Origin: Octopus sinensis
Lineage: Eukaryota
Assembly (NCBI RefSeq): GCF_006345805.1
Contig: NW_021833256.1
Coordinates: 14,627-78,626, forward strand
Reading direction: 5' to 3'
DNA length: 64,000 nucleotides
Shown here piece after piece: positions 12,708 to 25,813 of this stretch. The notes below the pieces were generated by a model, which saw only the letters and a program-made list of their open reading frames with translations, did no database searches and was not told where the DNA came from. Made by a program: the position numbers and the translations under genes. Within the stretch, counting starts at the first letter, position 1. Every line of letters begins with the position of its first letter.

Positions 12708-12740
<33 letters not shown>

Positions 12741-12820
12741 CATATATATACATACACACGTGTACATATATATATACACACATACATATTTATACACATA
12801 TATACATAAATATATGTGTG

Positions 12821-12851
<31 letters not shown>

Positions 12852-12895
12852 CTTTTTCTCTATATATATATCTATATATACACACACCTATATAC
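12270..12895. repeat. Compound (TA)n/(CA)n/(TG)n microsatellite field
   Basis: Direct reading. Similar fields at 3575-3870, 11700-11920, 13300-13600, 25250-25560, 30720-30890, 36570-36900 and 42700-43400. Confidence 0.95.
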
Positions 12896-13054
12896 ACCCA
12901 TCAGTGAGACTACAATTGATACTGTACCTCTGCTGCCACCTGAAGATTGAGGAAAGGTCACCTCGTAGTGTGCAGGTCTGGGGTGGTCTGTGCACTTAGT
13001 TGCATCCGGTTGCATCTTGAAGTTTTGTTTTTGTTTTTTTTTTTTGTCTTGCAG

Positions 13055-13150
13055 GGTGGTGAACAAACTGCTTTCTTATTGGTTGCTTTGGTGAAGAATT
13101 CTAGCTAAAAATAGAAACTTCGGAGTTCATTCTTTGATGAATCATTTTGA
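13055..13150 (+). other. Candidate 5' (mostly UTR) exon of the DGCR2-like gene
   Basis: Long pyrimidine tract and TTGCAG|G acceptor at 13054/13055, GA|gtatgt donor at 13150/13151. All three frames are closed across most of it, but ATG at 13138 gives M-N-H-F-(GA|), phase 2. Confidence 0.35.
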
Positions 13151-13205
13151 GTATGTTGTAATGCAATGCTAGTGACTAAAAAATAACTAATCTCTCTCAC
13201 TCTCT

Positions 13206-13236
<31 letters not shown>

Positions 13237-13349
13237 CATTATTTTGTCTTCCTCTTTTGTGTATCTCTCTCTATTTGTCTTTCAATTTTTTTGTCTCACT
13301 TATGTGATATGTATGTGTGTGTATATATACATATATGTCTGCATGTGTG

Positions 13350-13386
<37 letters not shown>

Positions 13387-13423
13387 TACACACACACACA
13401 CACACATGCAGACATATAGAACA

Positions 13424-13471
<48 letters not shown>

Positions 13472-13554
13472 TGTTCCATATTTTTCTTTATCTCTATTGT
13501 ATTTACACTTTTCATCCTCTACCACACTTTCATGTGTGTGCTTTATACATATGC

Positions 13555-13593
<39 letters not shown>

Positions 13594-13944
13594 TTATACT
13601 TTCCTTCCTTTCTCTCTCTCTCTCTCTCTCACTCTCTCTCTCTCTCTCTCTCTCTTTGAAAAATGATAGTTGCCTTAAATGTCAGAGATTGCTTCTAGTT
13701 TCTCTGGTGTGGTTCACATTCTGTACTTCATCATTATTTGGATATGAACATTGAAGAAAGACATGGCTTTCGCTGGTCATTGTGATGGTGATGGTGATGG
13801 TGGTGTTGTCGTGGTGATTGGTGTTGTGTTATCACTGCCGTCTGAGTCATAATACACTGACAGTTTGATCACACCAGTGGCGTGACTCACAGGCCGCTGT
13901 GATAGTCTTTCAGTGTCTCAACCATACATTATGTAATGTCATAG

Positions 13945-14650
13945 TCTGCTGTGCTGTGATGTGATGTGATGTTGTTCAGTCATAGCGTGATGACTTTCAT
14001 GGTTTGCCCATAGGCTTTGAGATGTCATGATGTAATTGTGCTGTAATGTAAATGTTGTTCTGTCATAACATGGCGTCTTTATTGTTTTAACTATAGATTA
14101 TGGGATGTCATAGTTTGCTGTGCTGTGATGTTGTTTAGTCATAAACATGATGACTTTATTGCCTTATCTATAGACTAAGATGTGTCATAGAGTGCTGTGA
14201 TGTGATGGTGTTTAGTCGTAACATGATGACTTTACTGTCTTAGATGTAGACTAAGATGTGTCATAGTGTGCTGTGATGTGATGGTGTTTAGTCGTAACAT
14301 GATGACTTTACTGTCTTTTCTGTAGACTAAGATGTGTCATAGTGTGCTGTGATGTGATGGTGTTTAGTCGTAACATGATGTCTTTACTGTCTTTTCTGTA
14401 GACTAAGAGGTGTCATAGTATGTTGTGATGTGATGGTGTTTAGTCATAACATGATGACTTTACTGTCTTAGATGTAGACTAAGATGTGTCATAGTATGTT
14501 GTGATGTGATGTATTGTTCAGCCATGCCATGATGACTAGTTTCTTATCTATAGATTAAGATATGTCATAGTGTGCTGTAATATAATGGGTTTTTTTTTTG
14601 TCATAACATGATTACTACAGCTGTAGATTAAGATGTCATAAAGTTGTGAT
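13945..14650. repeat. 76-bp minisatellite, ~9 copies
   Basis: GACTAA/GATTAA anchor at 14173, 14249, 14325, 14401, 14477 and 14553 (exact 76-bp spacing); outer copies degenerate. Confidence 0.92.
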
Positions 14651-14779
14651 GTACTTACTATGATGGTGGTAAACTACTATGTTGTCTTTTGTGTCTCATT
14701 TGTAAGCTATGTCTTGTCACATATAGTTCAGTCCTAGGTTTTGGAAGCACTGATTAGGTTTTGGGTTCTTAGCTGCATT

Positions 14780-16952
14780 TGTCCCCCATTGCCACCTGAC
14801 AGCTGGTGTTGGTGTGTTTACATCCCCATAACTTAGCTGTTTAGCAAAAGAGACCAGCAGAATTAGGACCAGGCTTTAAGAAAGAGGTCCTGGGGTCTAT
14901 TCGTCTGACAAAATCCCATTAAGGCTATGCCCCAGCATGGTTGCAGTCTAATGACTGAAACAAGTAAAAGATAGAAGATATATACACATATACACAAGTG
15001 TGGCTGTGTAGTAAGTAGCTTGTTTACTAACCACATGGTTCCGGGTTCAGTCCCACTGCGTGGCACCTTGGGCAAGTGTCTTCTACTATAGCCTTGGGCC
15101 GACCAAAGCCTTGTGAGTGGATTTGGCAGACGGAAACTGGAAGAAGCCCGTCGTATATATGTATGTGCATGTGTGTGTTTGTGTGTCTGTGTTTGTCCCC
15201 CTAGCATTGCTTGACAACCAATGCTGGTGTGTTTATGTCCCCGTTATTTAACGGTTCAGCAAAAGAGACCGATAGAATAAGTACTGGGCTTACAAAAGAA
15301 TAAGTCCCGGGGTCGAGTTGCTCGATTAAAGGCGGTGCTCCAGCATGGCTGCAGTCAAATGACTGAAACAAGTAAAAGAGTAAAAGAGAGAGTATACATT
15401 AATAAGCAAAAGATACACACTACCATATTTATTAGTACAAACCTGCTATCTTAAACATAGCTGTATTGACATTTTTTTTTTTTGTATATGGTGAATTACT
15501 AGTGCATATATGCAGGCAGTGTAAATGTGCTACCTAGTGGCATTTCTTCAAGCTCTTTATGTTCTGAGATCTAATCCCACCAGGATCAACTGTGCCTTTC
15601 ATCCTTTCAGCAGGGGTCAATAAAATAAAGTACCAATTAAGTACCAATAAAGTACTGGGGTCAGTGCTAATGACTTATTCCCTCTCCCACTAAAATTGTT
15701 GGCCTTGTGCCAAAATTTGAAACAATTATTATTAATAAAGGGTGTCCATAAATTTCCAAAACTGGACTGTCTCTTCCAGTCCACCAGTTGCATTAAGAAA
15801 CTCTGAAACACTCAACACCTCCCCAATAGGACAGTGCATCATCATCATCATTGTTTAACGTCCGTTTTCCGCGCTAGCATGGGTTGGACGGTTTGACCGG
15901 GGTCTGGGAAGCCAGGAGGCTGCACCAGGCTCCAGTCTGATCTGGCAGTTTTTGTACAGCTGGATGCCCTTCCTAACGCCAACCACTCCGCGAGTGTAAT
16001 GGGTGCTTTTTACGTGCCAGGGGAGTCTGGCACTGGCCACGATCGGTTGGTGCTTTTATCGTGCCGGAAAATCACAGATGGTTGCAAGCAGTGCAACTGT
16101 GGTACAACAAATTCTTTTCTGAATTTTTCAAATTGTTAAGGTTATCAAGGAAGATCCTATACACACGTGTCTCCAACAACTTTAGCCACATTTTTTAATT
16201 CAGTACTTGACTGTGTGGTAAGATGCTTGCTTCCCAACCACATGGTTCCGGGTTCAGTCTTATTGTGTGGCACCTTGGGGAAGTGCCTTTTGCTATAGCC
16301 TCAGGCCAGCCAAAGCCTTGTGAGTGGATTTGACAGACGGAAACCGAAAGAAGCCCATTGTATATACATGTATGAATATCTGTGCTTGTGTGTGTGTGTC
16401 TTTGTTTGTTCCTTCACTAACACTTGACAATTGGTGTTGGTGTGTTTACAGACCTGTAACTTAGCAGTTCAACAAAAGAGACCAATAGGCCAAGTACCAG
16501 GCTTTAAAAAAAGTACTGAGCTTGATTCATCTGACTAAAAAAATTCTTCAAGCAGTGCCCCAGCATGGTCGCAGTCAAATGACTGAAACAAGTAAAAGAC
16601 AAAAGATACCACACATGGGCATGTTTATAGAAATCAACAAGAAAATTACAGCAAAGCTGTGTGATGGTGATGTCAGACATGCAGTGCAGACCATCATATA
16701 ACTTGTTTATGCCTCTCTTCTGTTTTATTTTGACACGCACATTGTGTTTTTATTCTTCTCTTCCATTTTAAAAAATTCAGTATAGGCACAGGAGTTGCTG
16801 TGTGGTAAGTAGCTTGCTTACCAACCACATGGTTCCAGGTTCAGTCCCACTGCGTGGCACCTTGGCCACGTGTCTTCTACTATAGCCTTGGGCCGACCAA
16901 AGCCTTGTGAGTGGATTTGGTAGACAGATTTGGAAACTGAAAGAAGCCTGTC

Positions 16953-17017
<65 letters not shown>

Positions 17018-17225
17018 ATATTTTTTGTGTGTCTGTGTTTGTCCCCCAACATCGCTTGACAACTGATGCTAGTTTGTTTACGTCCCTGTAACTTAGCAAT
17101 TCGGCAAAAGAGACCGATAGAATAAGTACTATGCTTACAAAGAACAAGTCATGGGGTTGATTTGCTCGACTAAAGGCGGTGCTCCAGCATGGCCACAGTC
17201 AAATGACTGAAACAAGTAAAAGAGT
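14780..17225 (+). mobile_element. Family A copies at 14780-14970, 14995-15390, 16205-16600 and 16785-17225 (family B and C fragments interleaved)
   Basis: Repeated head, core and 3' modules. Confidence 0.8.
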
Positions 17226-17339
17226 ACATGTGCATTGTGTGCTCATACTTCGCTTTCTGGTTCCTACTCAAAACTTTGCAGATCACAACCATCTCACCAA
17301 CCTGCGTTTGTAAGGAGCACTTCGTGCTCTGGTGGTTGT

Positions 17340-17690
17340 GGAAAAAGCACACCCCCCCCCCCTCTTGACTTTTAGAAACATATTTTTCATGCCGAGAATT
17401 GTCAAAGCATGGAATAAACTACCCGCATCGTTTGTTAGATATCAGATCACTGCATCCTTCAAAAATTCCATACTTCCTGAAATTTACTCATCACTACTCC
17501 CCACATACCAATGCATTTTTTACTGTTTATGACTCTTTTACTGCTCACTTTCCTGTCTTGTAATTTATTCTCTGTACTATGCATGTACTTTTAGCTTTAA
17601 TTGGTGTCTTTATTTTTGGACTTCTGGTTTATTTCTGTCCCCACTTTTACGTTTTCCTGATGAGATATAGTGTATTGTAATACATTAAAG
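17340..17690 (+). mobile_element. CR1/L2-type LINE 3' end
   Basis: FRNIFFMPRIVKAWNKLPASFV....TASFKN is a typical CR1 C-terminal motif, followed by a T-rich 3' UTR. Confidence 0.7.
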
Positions 17691-18244
17691 TTTGTTACTA
17701 TTAAAAGTGGTGAGCTGGCTGAATGGTTAGCACACCAGACAAAATGCTTAGCAGTATTTCTATTTCTTCCAGCTTTACATTCTAGCTCAAATTCCACCAA
17801 GGTTGACTTTGCCTTTCATCCATTCAGGGTGGATGAAACAGGATACCAGTCAACTTCTGGGGTTGATGTAATCAACTTACTCTCTCCCTTAAAATTTTAG
17901 GCCTTATGCGTATTGTAGAAAAGATTATTATTAAAGGTGGCGAGTTGACAGAATCATTAGCATGCCAGGTAAAGGGCTTGGTGATATTCCATCTGTCTTT
18001 ATGTTCTGAGTTCAAATTCCGCAAAGGTCAGCTTTGCTTTTCATCCTTTCAGGGTCAATAAAATAAGTAGCTGTTGAATACTGGGGCTGATGTAATCAAC
18101 TACCCACCCACTTCTCAAAATTTCAGGCCTTGTGCTCATAGCAGAAAGAATTGTTATTATTATTTTTAACGTTGTTGTTATCATAATACAAAATATCATT
18201 GCTGTTATTATAGACATTGAGTATGAGATAGGAGGGTGTATGTA

Positions 18245-18289
<45 letters not shown>

Positions 18290-18292
<3 letters not shown>

Positions 18293-18684
18293 CACAGGCA
18301 TGGCTATATGATAAGAAGCTTGCTTCTGAACTACATGATTCTGGGTTCAGTCCCACTGCATGGCACCTTGAGCAAGTGTCTTCTACTATCACCTTGGGTC
18401 AACCAAAGCCTTGTGAGTGAATTTGGTTGATGGAAACTGAAAGAAGCCTGTTGTATATACATATATGTATATACCTATGTGTGTGTGTCTGTCCCTGCCA
18501 TCACCGTTTGACACCTGTTGTTGGTGTTTTTAAGTCCCCATAACTTACCAGTTCGGCAAAAGAAACCAATAGGATACATACCAGGCTTAAGAAATAAGTC
18601 CTGGGGTTGATTTGTTTGACTAAAACCTTTCAAGGCAGTGCTCCAGCATGGCTGCAGTCAAGTGACTGAAACAAGTAAAAGAAT
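18290..18684 (+). mobile_element. Family A SINE (left arm of a tail-to-tail pair)
   Basis: Full head to tail, ending GACTGAAACAAGTAAAAGA. Confidence 0.85.
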
Positions 18685-18704
18685 AAAATACACACACGCA
18701 TATA

Positions 18705-18914
18705 TACTTTTTACTTGTTTCAGTCATTTGACTGAGGCCATGCTGGAGCACTGCCTTTAGTCGAGCAAATCAACACCAGGACTTGTTCTTTGTAAGCCTA
18801 GTACTTATTCTATCGGTCTCTTTTGCTGAACCACTAAGTTACAGGGATTAAACACACCAGCATCGGTTGTCAAGCGATGTTGGAGGGGACAAACACAGAC
18901 ACACAAACATATAC

Positions 18915-18972
<58 letters not shown>

Positions 18973-19140
18973 ATGACCGGCTTCTTTCAGTTTCCGTCTA
19001 CCAAATCCATTCACAAGGCTTTGGTTGGCCTGAGGCTATAGTAGAAGACACTTGCCCATGGTGTCATGCAGTGGGACAGAACCCGGAACCATGTGGTTGG
19101 TAAGCAAGCTACTTATCACACAGCCACTCCTGTGCCTATA
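18705..19140 (-). mobile_element. Family A SINE (right arm of a tail-to-tail pair)
   Basis: Begins TTTTACTTGTTTCAGTC about 20 nt after the left arm. Confidence 0.85.
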
Positions 19141-20380
19141 CATATACATACATACAAAGACATATTTTTGTTACCAAGTTCATATCCATACATAAAATTT
19201 ATTATAGTGACAAACAGAAGTAAAATCCAATTTCAGTACATAAGTGTATATTTATGTATATATGTGTGTGTCTATGTGCGAACGAATGGCTTGTTGCACT
19301 ATGTAAGCTCTATTTGTGTGTGTGTCAGTCTGTCAGTGTATTTTTGCTTATGTTGTGTCATAGTGTTTTCGTGTAGTCGCCTGTCTTTCTGGCTACAGAC
19401 AGCATTACACTTATGTGTTTATCTGAGTCTGTGCCTTTGTGTGTCAACATCTGTATTTATGGACATCCCCATTTATATGTGTGCGTGAGAGAGAGAAAGA
19501 ACACGTGAGTGTTTGTAAGTCTCTGTCTATAGATGTATGTACGTGTGTGCTTCTTTCTCCATCGCCTGATTTTTTAAAAATATTTTTACAGGCTTTGTAT
19601 TGTTAATTAAAAAATCATTGTTTGTAATTGTGTTTATTAGATTTCATATCGATGATTACAAAGGTAAAAATAATATATTCTCTTTGTGTAGCTGTGAGTT
19701 TGCTTTGTGAGATCTGAGTGAAGGTTTTTTTTTGTTGTTATTTTTTTCCAAGAATGAATGATAGCAAATGATTTCATTGGTTGCAAAAGACTAATCAAAC
19801 ACTACTACATTGATATGACACTCTATATAATTTTGGTTCTGCACATGTTCTGTTCAAATGGAAAGAAGTTCAGGTGGTTCAACTATTCTGTTGATAATAA
19901 TAATAATAATGATGATGATAATAATAATAATCTTTTCTACTATAGGCACAAGGCCTGAAATTTTGGGGGAGGGGACTAGTTGAGTACATTGACCCAGTGT
20001 GTAGCCAGTACTTAATTTACCGACCCCGAAAGGATGAAAGGGCAAAGTCGACCTCAGAGGAATTTGAACTCAGAATGTATAGACGAGCAAAATACCGCTA
20101 AGCATTTTTGACCGATATGCTAATGATTCTGCCAGCTCACCACTTTAATTATTATTATTATTAGCAGCTATCTGACCTCCGTGCCGGTGGCACGTAAAAG
20201 GCACCATTCGAGCATGATCGTTACCAGCATCGCCTTACTGGCACCTGTGCCGGTGGCATGTGTAAAAGATTTGAGCGAGGTTGATGCCAGTACCGTCTGA
20301 CTGGCCCCATGCCAGTGGCATGTAAAAGCACCCACTACACTCTCAGAGTGGTTGGCGTTAGGAAGGGCATCCAGCTGTAG

Positions 20381-21420
20381 GATGTGTGCCTAGAAGTTCT
20401 ATTTTCTGTATGTTATATACATTTGTAAAGTCCTGGCGTTTTGGTCATGTATTTGTCTGAATGCTTTTCAATCATATCTAATGCACCTATTATTATAAGG
20501 ATTGTTTCTGTTCTTAGGCTCCACATTTGGGTTATCTCTATTTCCAGATCTTTGTATTTTGAGAGTTTCTCCATATCTTTTAGAGATAGATTACCATCTG
20601 TTGGGATTGGTACATCAATTAGAAAGCATTTTTTTTCCTTGGTGATCTCCGACAACTATATCCAGCTTATTAGCCTTGATTTCTCTATCTGTGTGTATTG
20701 ACATATCCCAGAGTGTGGCTGCTTTGTCATTTTCTGTGACGCTTTCTGGCATGTGCTTATACCATCATTTTTCTCTTGTTATTCCATAGTGTTGGCATAG
20801 CTTCCAGTGTATATAGGTCTGTTATGTCTGTGGATATATTCCTTCTTAGAATCTGAGATTCTATGTATATCGCTGACGGAGGATTTGTTACTATGTCTAG
20901 CCACGGACGTTTGCCTTTGGCAAGACCAAGGAAGGCCGAAACCATATAATATGGCAGTTTCAGCTGTGGTATCAGATGAGTACTTCCCGCCAGCGATATA
21001 AAAACGAGTGCTTATATACACCATAAGTCAATATGAGAGGTTCATCTCATGATAACTGTCGTGTCTGTGAATATATTCCTTCTTAGCCAGGACTGGGCAG
21101 CCAGAGACAATATGATTTATCGTTTCTTCCCCATCACCACATATTCTGCAGTTGTATTTTACTTCATTATATGTTTCTGATGGTTTCTGGTGGGGAGGTT
21201 TTGATCTTGTGCTGCAATAAAAAAAAATCTTTCAGTTTCTGCTTTGAGTCCTGAACTTCTCAGCCATTATTGGGTTTTTACTTTGTCTATTTCTTTTCTG
21301 TTTAGCTTATCCCAGTATTTGCCATGTAAGGGCTTTTCTTGCCATTGTTTTATCATGATACTTCGTTGTTCCAGTTTTAGCTTGGATTTCACTTATTTTA
21401 CAGCTTTTGTTGTTTCCTCT
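20381..21420 (-). mobile_element. 5'-truncated R4/Dong-clade (RLE) non-LTR retrotransposon fragment
   Basis: Minus-strand translation across frameshifts: KPLHGKYW...WLRSSGLKAETE..FIAAQDQNL.TRN...CRICGDGEETINHIVSGCPVLAKKEYIHRH (CCHC finger) and KKCFLIDVPIPTDGNLSLKDMEKLSKYKDLEIEITQMW...IIIGAL (restriction-like endonuclease). Confidence 0.85.
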
Positions 21421-21429
21421 TTTTCTGCC

Positions 21430-22085
21430 GGGCCTGCCTGAAGTGCGCTCAGAACGATGAAACCATTCTGCATGCCCTACTCCAGTGTCCGAGTATTGCT
21501 GACCTGTGAATTTATGTTGAAGACCTACTGGCACGTGTAGGACAAATCCTGCTATCTACTGAATCCATTGTCAAGATTGCCATGTCACCCTCCATTGGCT
21601 GGGAGGGGCAGGCAATTTTTATTTGTCTAGTGGCTGTAGCAAAAGAGGTAGTATGGTGGACCCATTTGAAAGGGCTAAAGACAGACACTTTCCTCTTTGG
21701 CCAAGCCCTCATCAACTTTTTCAAGTTTCACTTGAAAAGGAAGCTGAGGATGGAGAGGGAACTGTTGCTTTGTAGCATGTTTGTTGAAAGGTAGGTGAAT
21801 GTTGGAAGAATGGCCAGTGTGAAAGGTCCACTTCTGAGCATGCACCTTCAAAAAAAGAAAGAGGAGAAGGGCTTTTGACCTGTTCTTCAGGCACCCATGG
21901 CTTTTGTGGGTTTTTCCATGAGGACATTAAAGTGCCTCCCCTATTGGGAGTTTAATTTGTTCCACTTTTTTATTATTACTTTGTATACACGTGGAAACCT
22001 CCTTGGTATTGTCCTATTTTTGTCTTTTATGTTGTTGCATGTCTTTTAATGTTTTGTATGTGAGCTTTTTGTGGCCAATAAAAGA
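21430..22085 (+). mobile_element. 3' fragment of a Tx1/L1-clade LINE
   Basis: CLKCAQNDETILHALLQCP zinc-knuckle at 21435, continuing into supplied ORF 21582-21794, then a T-rich 3' UTR, AATAAA at 22077 and an (ATT)n tail. Confidence 0.72.
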
Positions 22086-23307
22086 ATTAATTATTATTAT
22101 CATTAATGCAGAATAATAATCGTTAGCATGCCAGACAAAATGCTTAGTGGTATTTTGTCCGTCTTTAATTTTCAAGTTCAAATTCTGTCAAAGTCAGCTT
22201 CACCTTTCATCCTTTCGGGGTTGACGTAATCAACTTAACCCCTCCCCCAAAATTGCTGGCCTTGTGCCAAAATTTGAAATCATTATTATGATGACGATGA
22301 TGAAGAGGAGGATGTATTGTCAATACATCCGATATCTGTTTAGGACAATGGTAATTTATGACAACACTGAAAAATATGACTGTGATAAGATGATGATGAT
22401 GATGATGATATGATGATTGTGCAATGATGACTATTTGTGGTGATATAATGACTGTACGATATCTGCATGATATGATTATGATTATGGTGGTGATGATATT
22501 CTTATAATGACACATCATATCATTTCATTCTGTAAATGATTGCGATGACTAAGGTGACAGGATGATAGGATTCTTTTGCACAAAGGACAAAGTATCATTT
22601 TGCAGCATCTCTTTTGGTTCTTTGCATTCTGAGTTCAAATCCCACCAAGATCAACATTGTCTTTCATCCATCTGGATGAAAGTTAATAAAATAAGTACTA
22701 GCCAAAGACTGGCATCAAGATAATCAGCTAGACCCCCCCCCACACACACACATATACACTGCCACCATCACCATCACCATCTCACAAAATTGCTGGCCTT
22801 GTGCCAATAATACAAAGAATTATGATTATGATGTCTATGACGACCATCCTCAAAATAATGTTACTTGGTTTAAAAACAGAAATATTATATTTTTAAATCT
22901 CTCAAAGAGAGATATACAGTAACAGCATGATAAAGTGATTACGTTTTGCCAGCATAATGTAGCGATCCCAGGATAGGATAAATGTTCCTGTTATAAGGAC
23001 ACAGAGCTTTTGTGTTGTGTAGCCAGCTAGAAACGGTGTTACATGGGGCTAAATAACAGTAATATCTATCCCATCCTGGGGTTGCCACATTATGTTGGCA
23101 AAAAGTCTTTTAGTGCTATTGACACCACCGGATTGAATGGTGCTGTCCAGGTATCGAAACCATAATGATATCTGTGGGGCAGCTGATGATGGAGGTATGT
23201 TGGACTGTTGGTATGGCTGTTTTTGTATATGTGGGATAGTGTTATAACACATCCTTTTGATATACACATATGCATACACACACATATTTAGATACACACA
23301 CACACAC

Positions 23308-23338
<31 letters not shown>

Positions 23339-25419
23339 ATAATAATAATATTAGGGAATATTATTCCAAACTTATTTTGTACTTTACTTAATTATTGGTA
23401 TATGTTTTATCGGATTTCTAATTTTTTCTATATGGCATAATTTAATTATATCATTGCTATTACATTGTTGAATCGCTACATGGTGATTCTTCTCTAATTT
23501 ATATGCATATATATATATATATATAATATATCAGATAAAGGGGTTTAAAATAATCTGAGCTGTATTTCAGAAGGATTTTTGTGGCCTTTTATTATGATAA
23601 TATGTATGTATGTACATACATACATGCTTACATATGTCTGTATGAATGAATGAATCATAGGAGCTCTATGACTGGATGGTTAAGAAATTTGCTTTGCATC
23701 TCTATGGTACATGGTTCAATTCCGCTGTGTGGCATCTTAGGTAAATGTCATTTTTTTTATAGCCTTGGATCAGCCCATATACCATGAGTGAAACTGGGTA
23801 GACAGAAACCTTAAGAAAAAAGTCCATCAAGTGGGATTCTACCTGTAATTTAAGAGATACAGCCTCATCACACACCAGTGTGTCTTGATGATTCTTCTTG
23901 AGAATTATGTTAAGGATACACTTGTCTACCCAACCACTCATATGTTAATTCAATAAGCAGGTTATTCAATTGATCGCACAACTGAATCTTCATCATCAAA
24001 TGACTGAAATTCTCCACTACCACCACCACTGCTGCTGCTGCCATCACCTCCACAACAACCACCACTACCACCATATATGAATAAATTCTAATTCTGTAAA
24101 ACGGTTTGTGTTTCATTTAATTTTTGTATTTTGTTAGAAAGAATCTCGATGTAAACTTGTGGCGCTAGGCCAACCAAAGCCTTGTGAGCAGATTTGGTAG
24201 ACCAAAGTTGAAAGAAGCCCATTGTGTGTATATATATGTGTGTGTTTTTGTGTGTGTGTGTTTGTGTGTCTGTGTGTGTCTCCTCATCATCGCTTGACAA
24301 CTGATGTTGGTGTGTTTACGTCCCCATAACTTAGCAGTTCGGCAAAAGAGACCTATAGAATAAGTACTAGGCTTACAAAGAATAAGTCCTGGGGTTGATT
24401 CGTTCAACTAAAGGCAGTGCTCCAGCATTCCAGCAGTCAAATGACTGAAACGAGTAAAAGAGTGGAAAAAGAGTAAAAGAATGTCTGTGGAATACTCAGG
24501 CACTTGACCATTAATGCCACAAGCAAGCTATTCCGTTGATTGGATCACCTGGAACCCTCATCGTAATTGACAGAATGCCAGTTTTTTTTTTTATATCTAA
24601 ATACATAACTTAAGTCCATACACATACATGGGCTTCTACACAGTTTCCATTTACCAAATTCCACTCAACATTTTATCAGCTAACCCAAGGCTTGTGGAAC
24701 ACTCATTGTAACTGACAGAGAGTCAGTTTATATCATGAGATCAAATCCTGTCCAGGCTAATTTATCCTTTCTACTCTAAGAACAAAGCCTGAAATTTGGG
24801 GGAGAGGGAAAATTCAATTATATCGACCCTAGTGCTCATCCTTTTCATTGACCCCGAAAGGATGAAGGGCAAAGTCGACCTCAGCAGAATTTGAACTCGG
24901 AATGTAGCAATGGGTGAAATATCGCTAAGCATTTTGTCCAGCGTGTTAATGATTCCGCCAACTCACTGCCTTATCTTTCCACAATAAATAATAAATACAA
25001 GTCAAGTGGTGGTATTGATATGATCTGCTAACCCCCCCCCCCCCCCAACATATTTTATGACTTTCTGCTTGTGTCGAGCTCAGCTGTAGTAACAGACTAA
25101 ATTCTTTGTTGCATTGAATTTTTTTGCTTTCTCTAGGTTCTGAGTTCCAATTCTGGAAGAACCAGTTGTTGTTTTTGTTTTGGTTTTTTGCATTCCGTTT
25201 TATGTCACCCTTAATATTGTTTTATTGTTTTTCCTTTTTGCTGGAGCACTGTCATGAACACACACACATATATATACACATGTATACATATGTATATATA
25301 TATATATGTATATATATACACACACACATATATATATACAGACATGCACATATATATATATATACATATATAAACACATACACACATATATATATATATA
25401 CACATATAAACATATACAC

Positions 25420-25451
<32 letters not shown>

Positions 25452-25721
25452 TTATAAACATATACACATATAAACATATACACATATAAACATATACATA
25501 TGTACACACTTACATACACACACACACACACACACAAACATATACATGCATAGAGAGAGAGAGAGAGATAGCATATAGGAGTCAGTTCCATTGATTCCCA
25601 TTCCCTGAGAAAAATTGGCCTTCAGCCTAGTCAAAAGAAAATCGTCATCATCATCATTATCATCAGCATCATCATCATTATCATCAGCATCTTCATTGTT
25701 ATTGTTATTACTGTGAGTCAG

Positions 25722-25733
25722 GAAATGCCGTCT

Positions 25734-25765
<32 letters not shown>

Positions 25766-25813
25766 TGGCACTGGCGCTGCAGTTATCGCTGCCATTCTTT
25801 GAATTATCGATTG
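25722..25813 (+). CDS. Weak candidate signal-peptide exon (KCR-L12-ALALQLSLPFFELSI-G)
   Basis: Phase 2 start (cag|G) and phase 1 end (G|gtttgt) would bridge 13055-13150 to the VWC exon. Splice sites are weak and the poly-Leu comes from CTG/TTG microsatellite. Confidence 0.18.

Noticed and set aside
13670-13754. Signal-peptide-like stretch CLKCQRLLLVSLVWFTFCTSSLFG after a pyrimidine tract
   Set aside because: It would fit the phase of exon 13055-13150, but the required phase-1 donor reads GATATG rather than GT and a stop follows; worth rechecking only if there is a base-call error.
13945-14650. CRISPR-like array
   Set aside because: Units are contiguous tandem copies without unique spacers, in a eukaryotic context with no cas genes.
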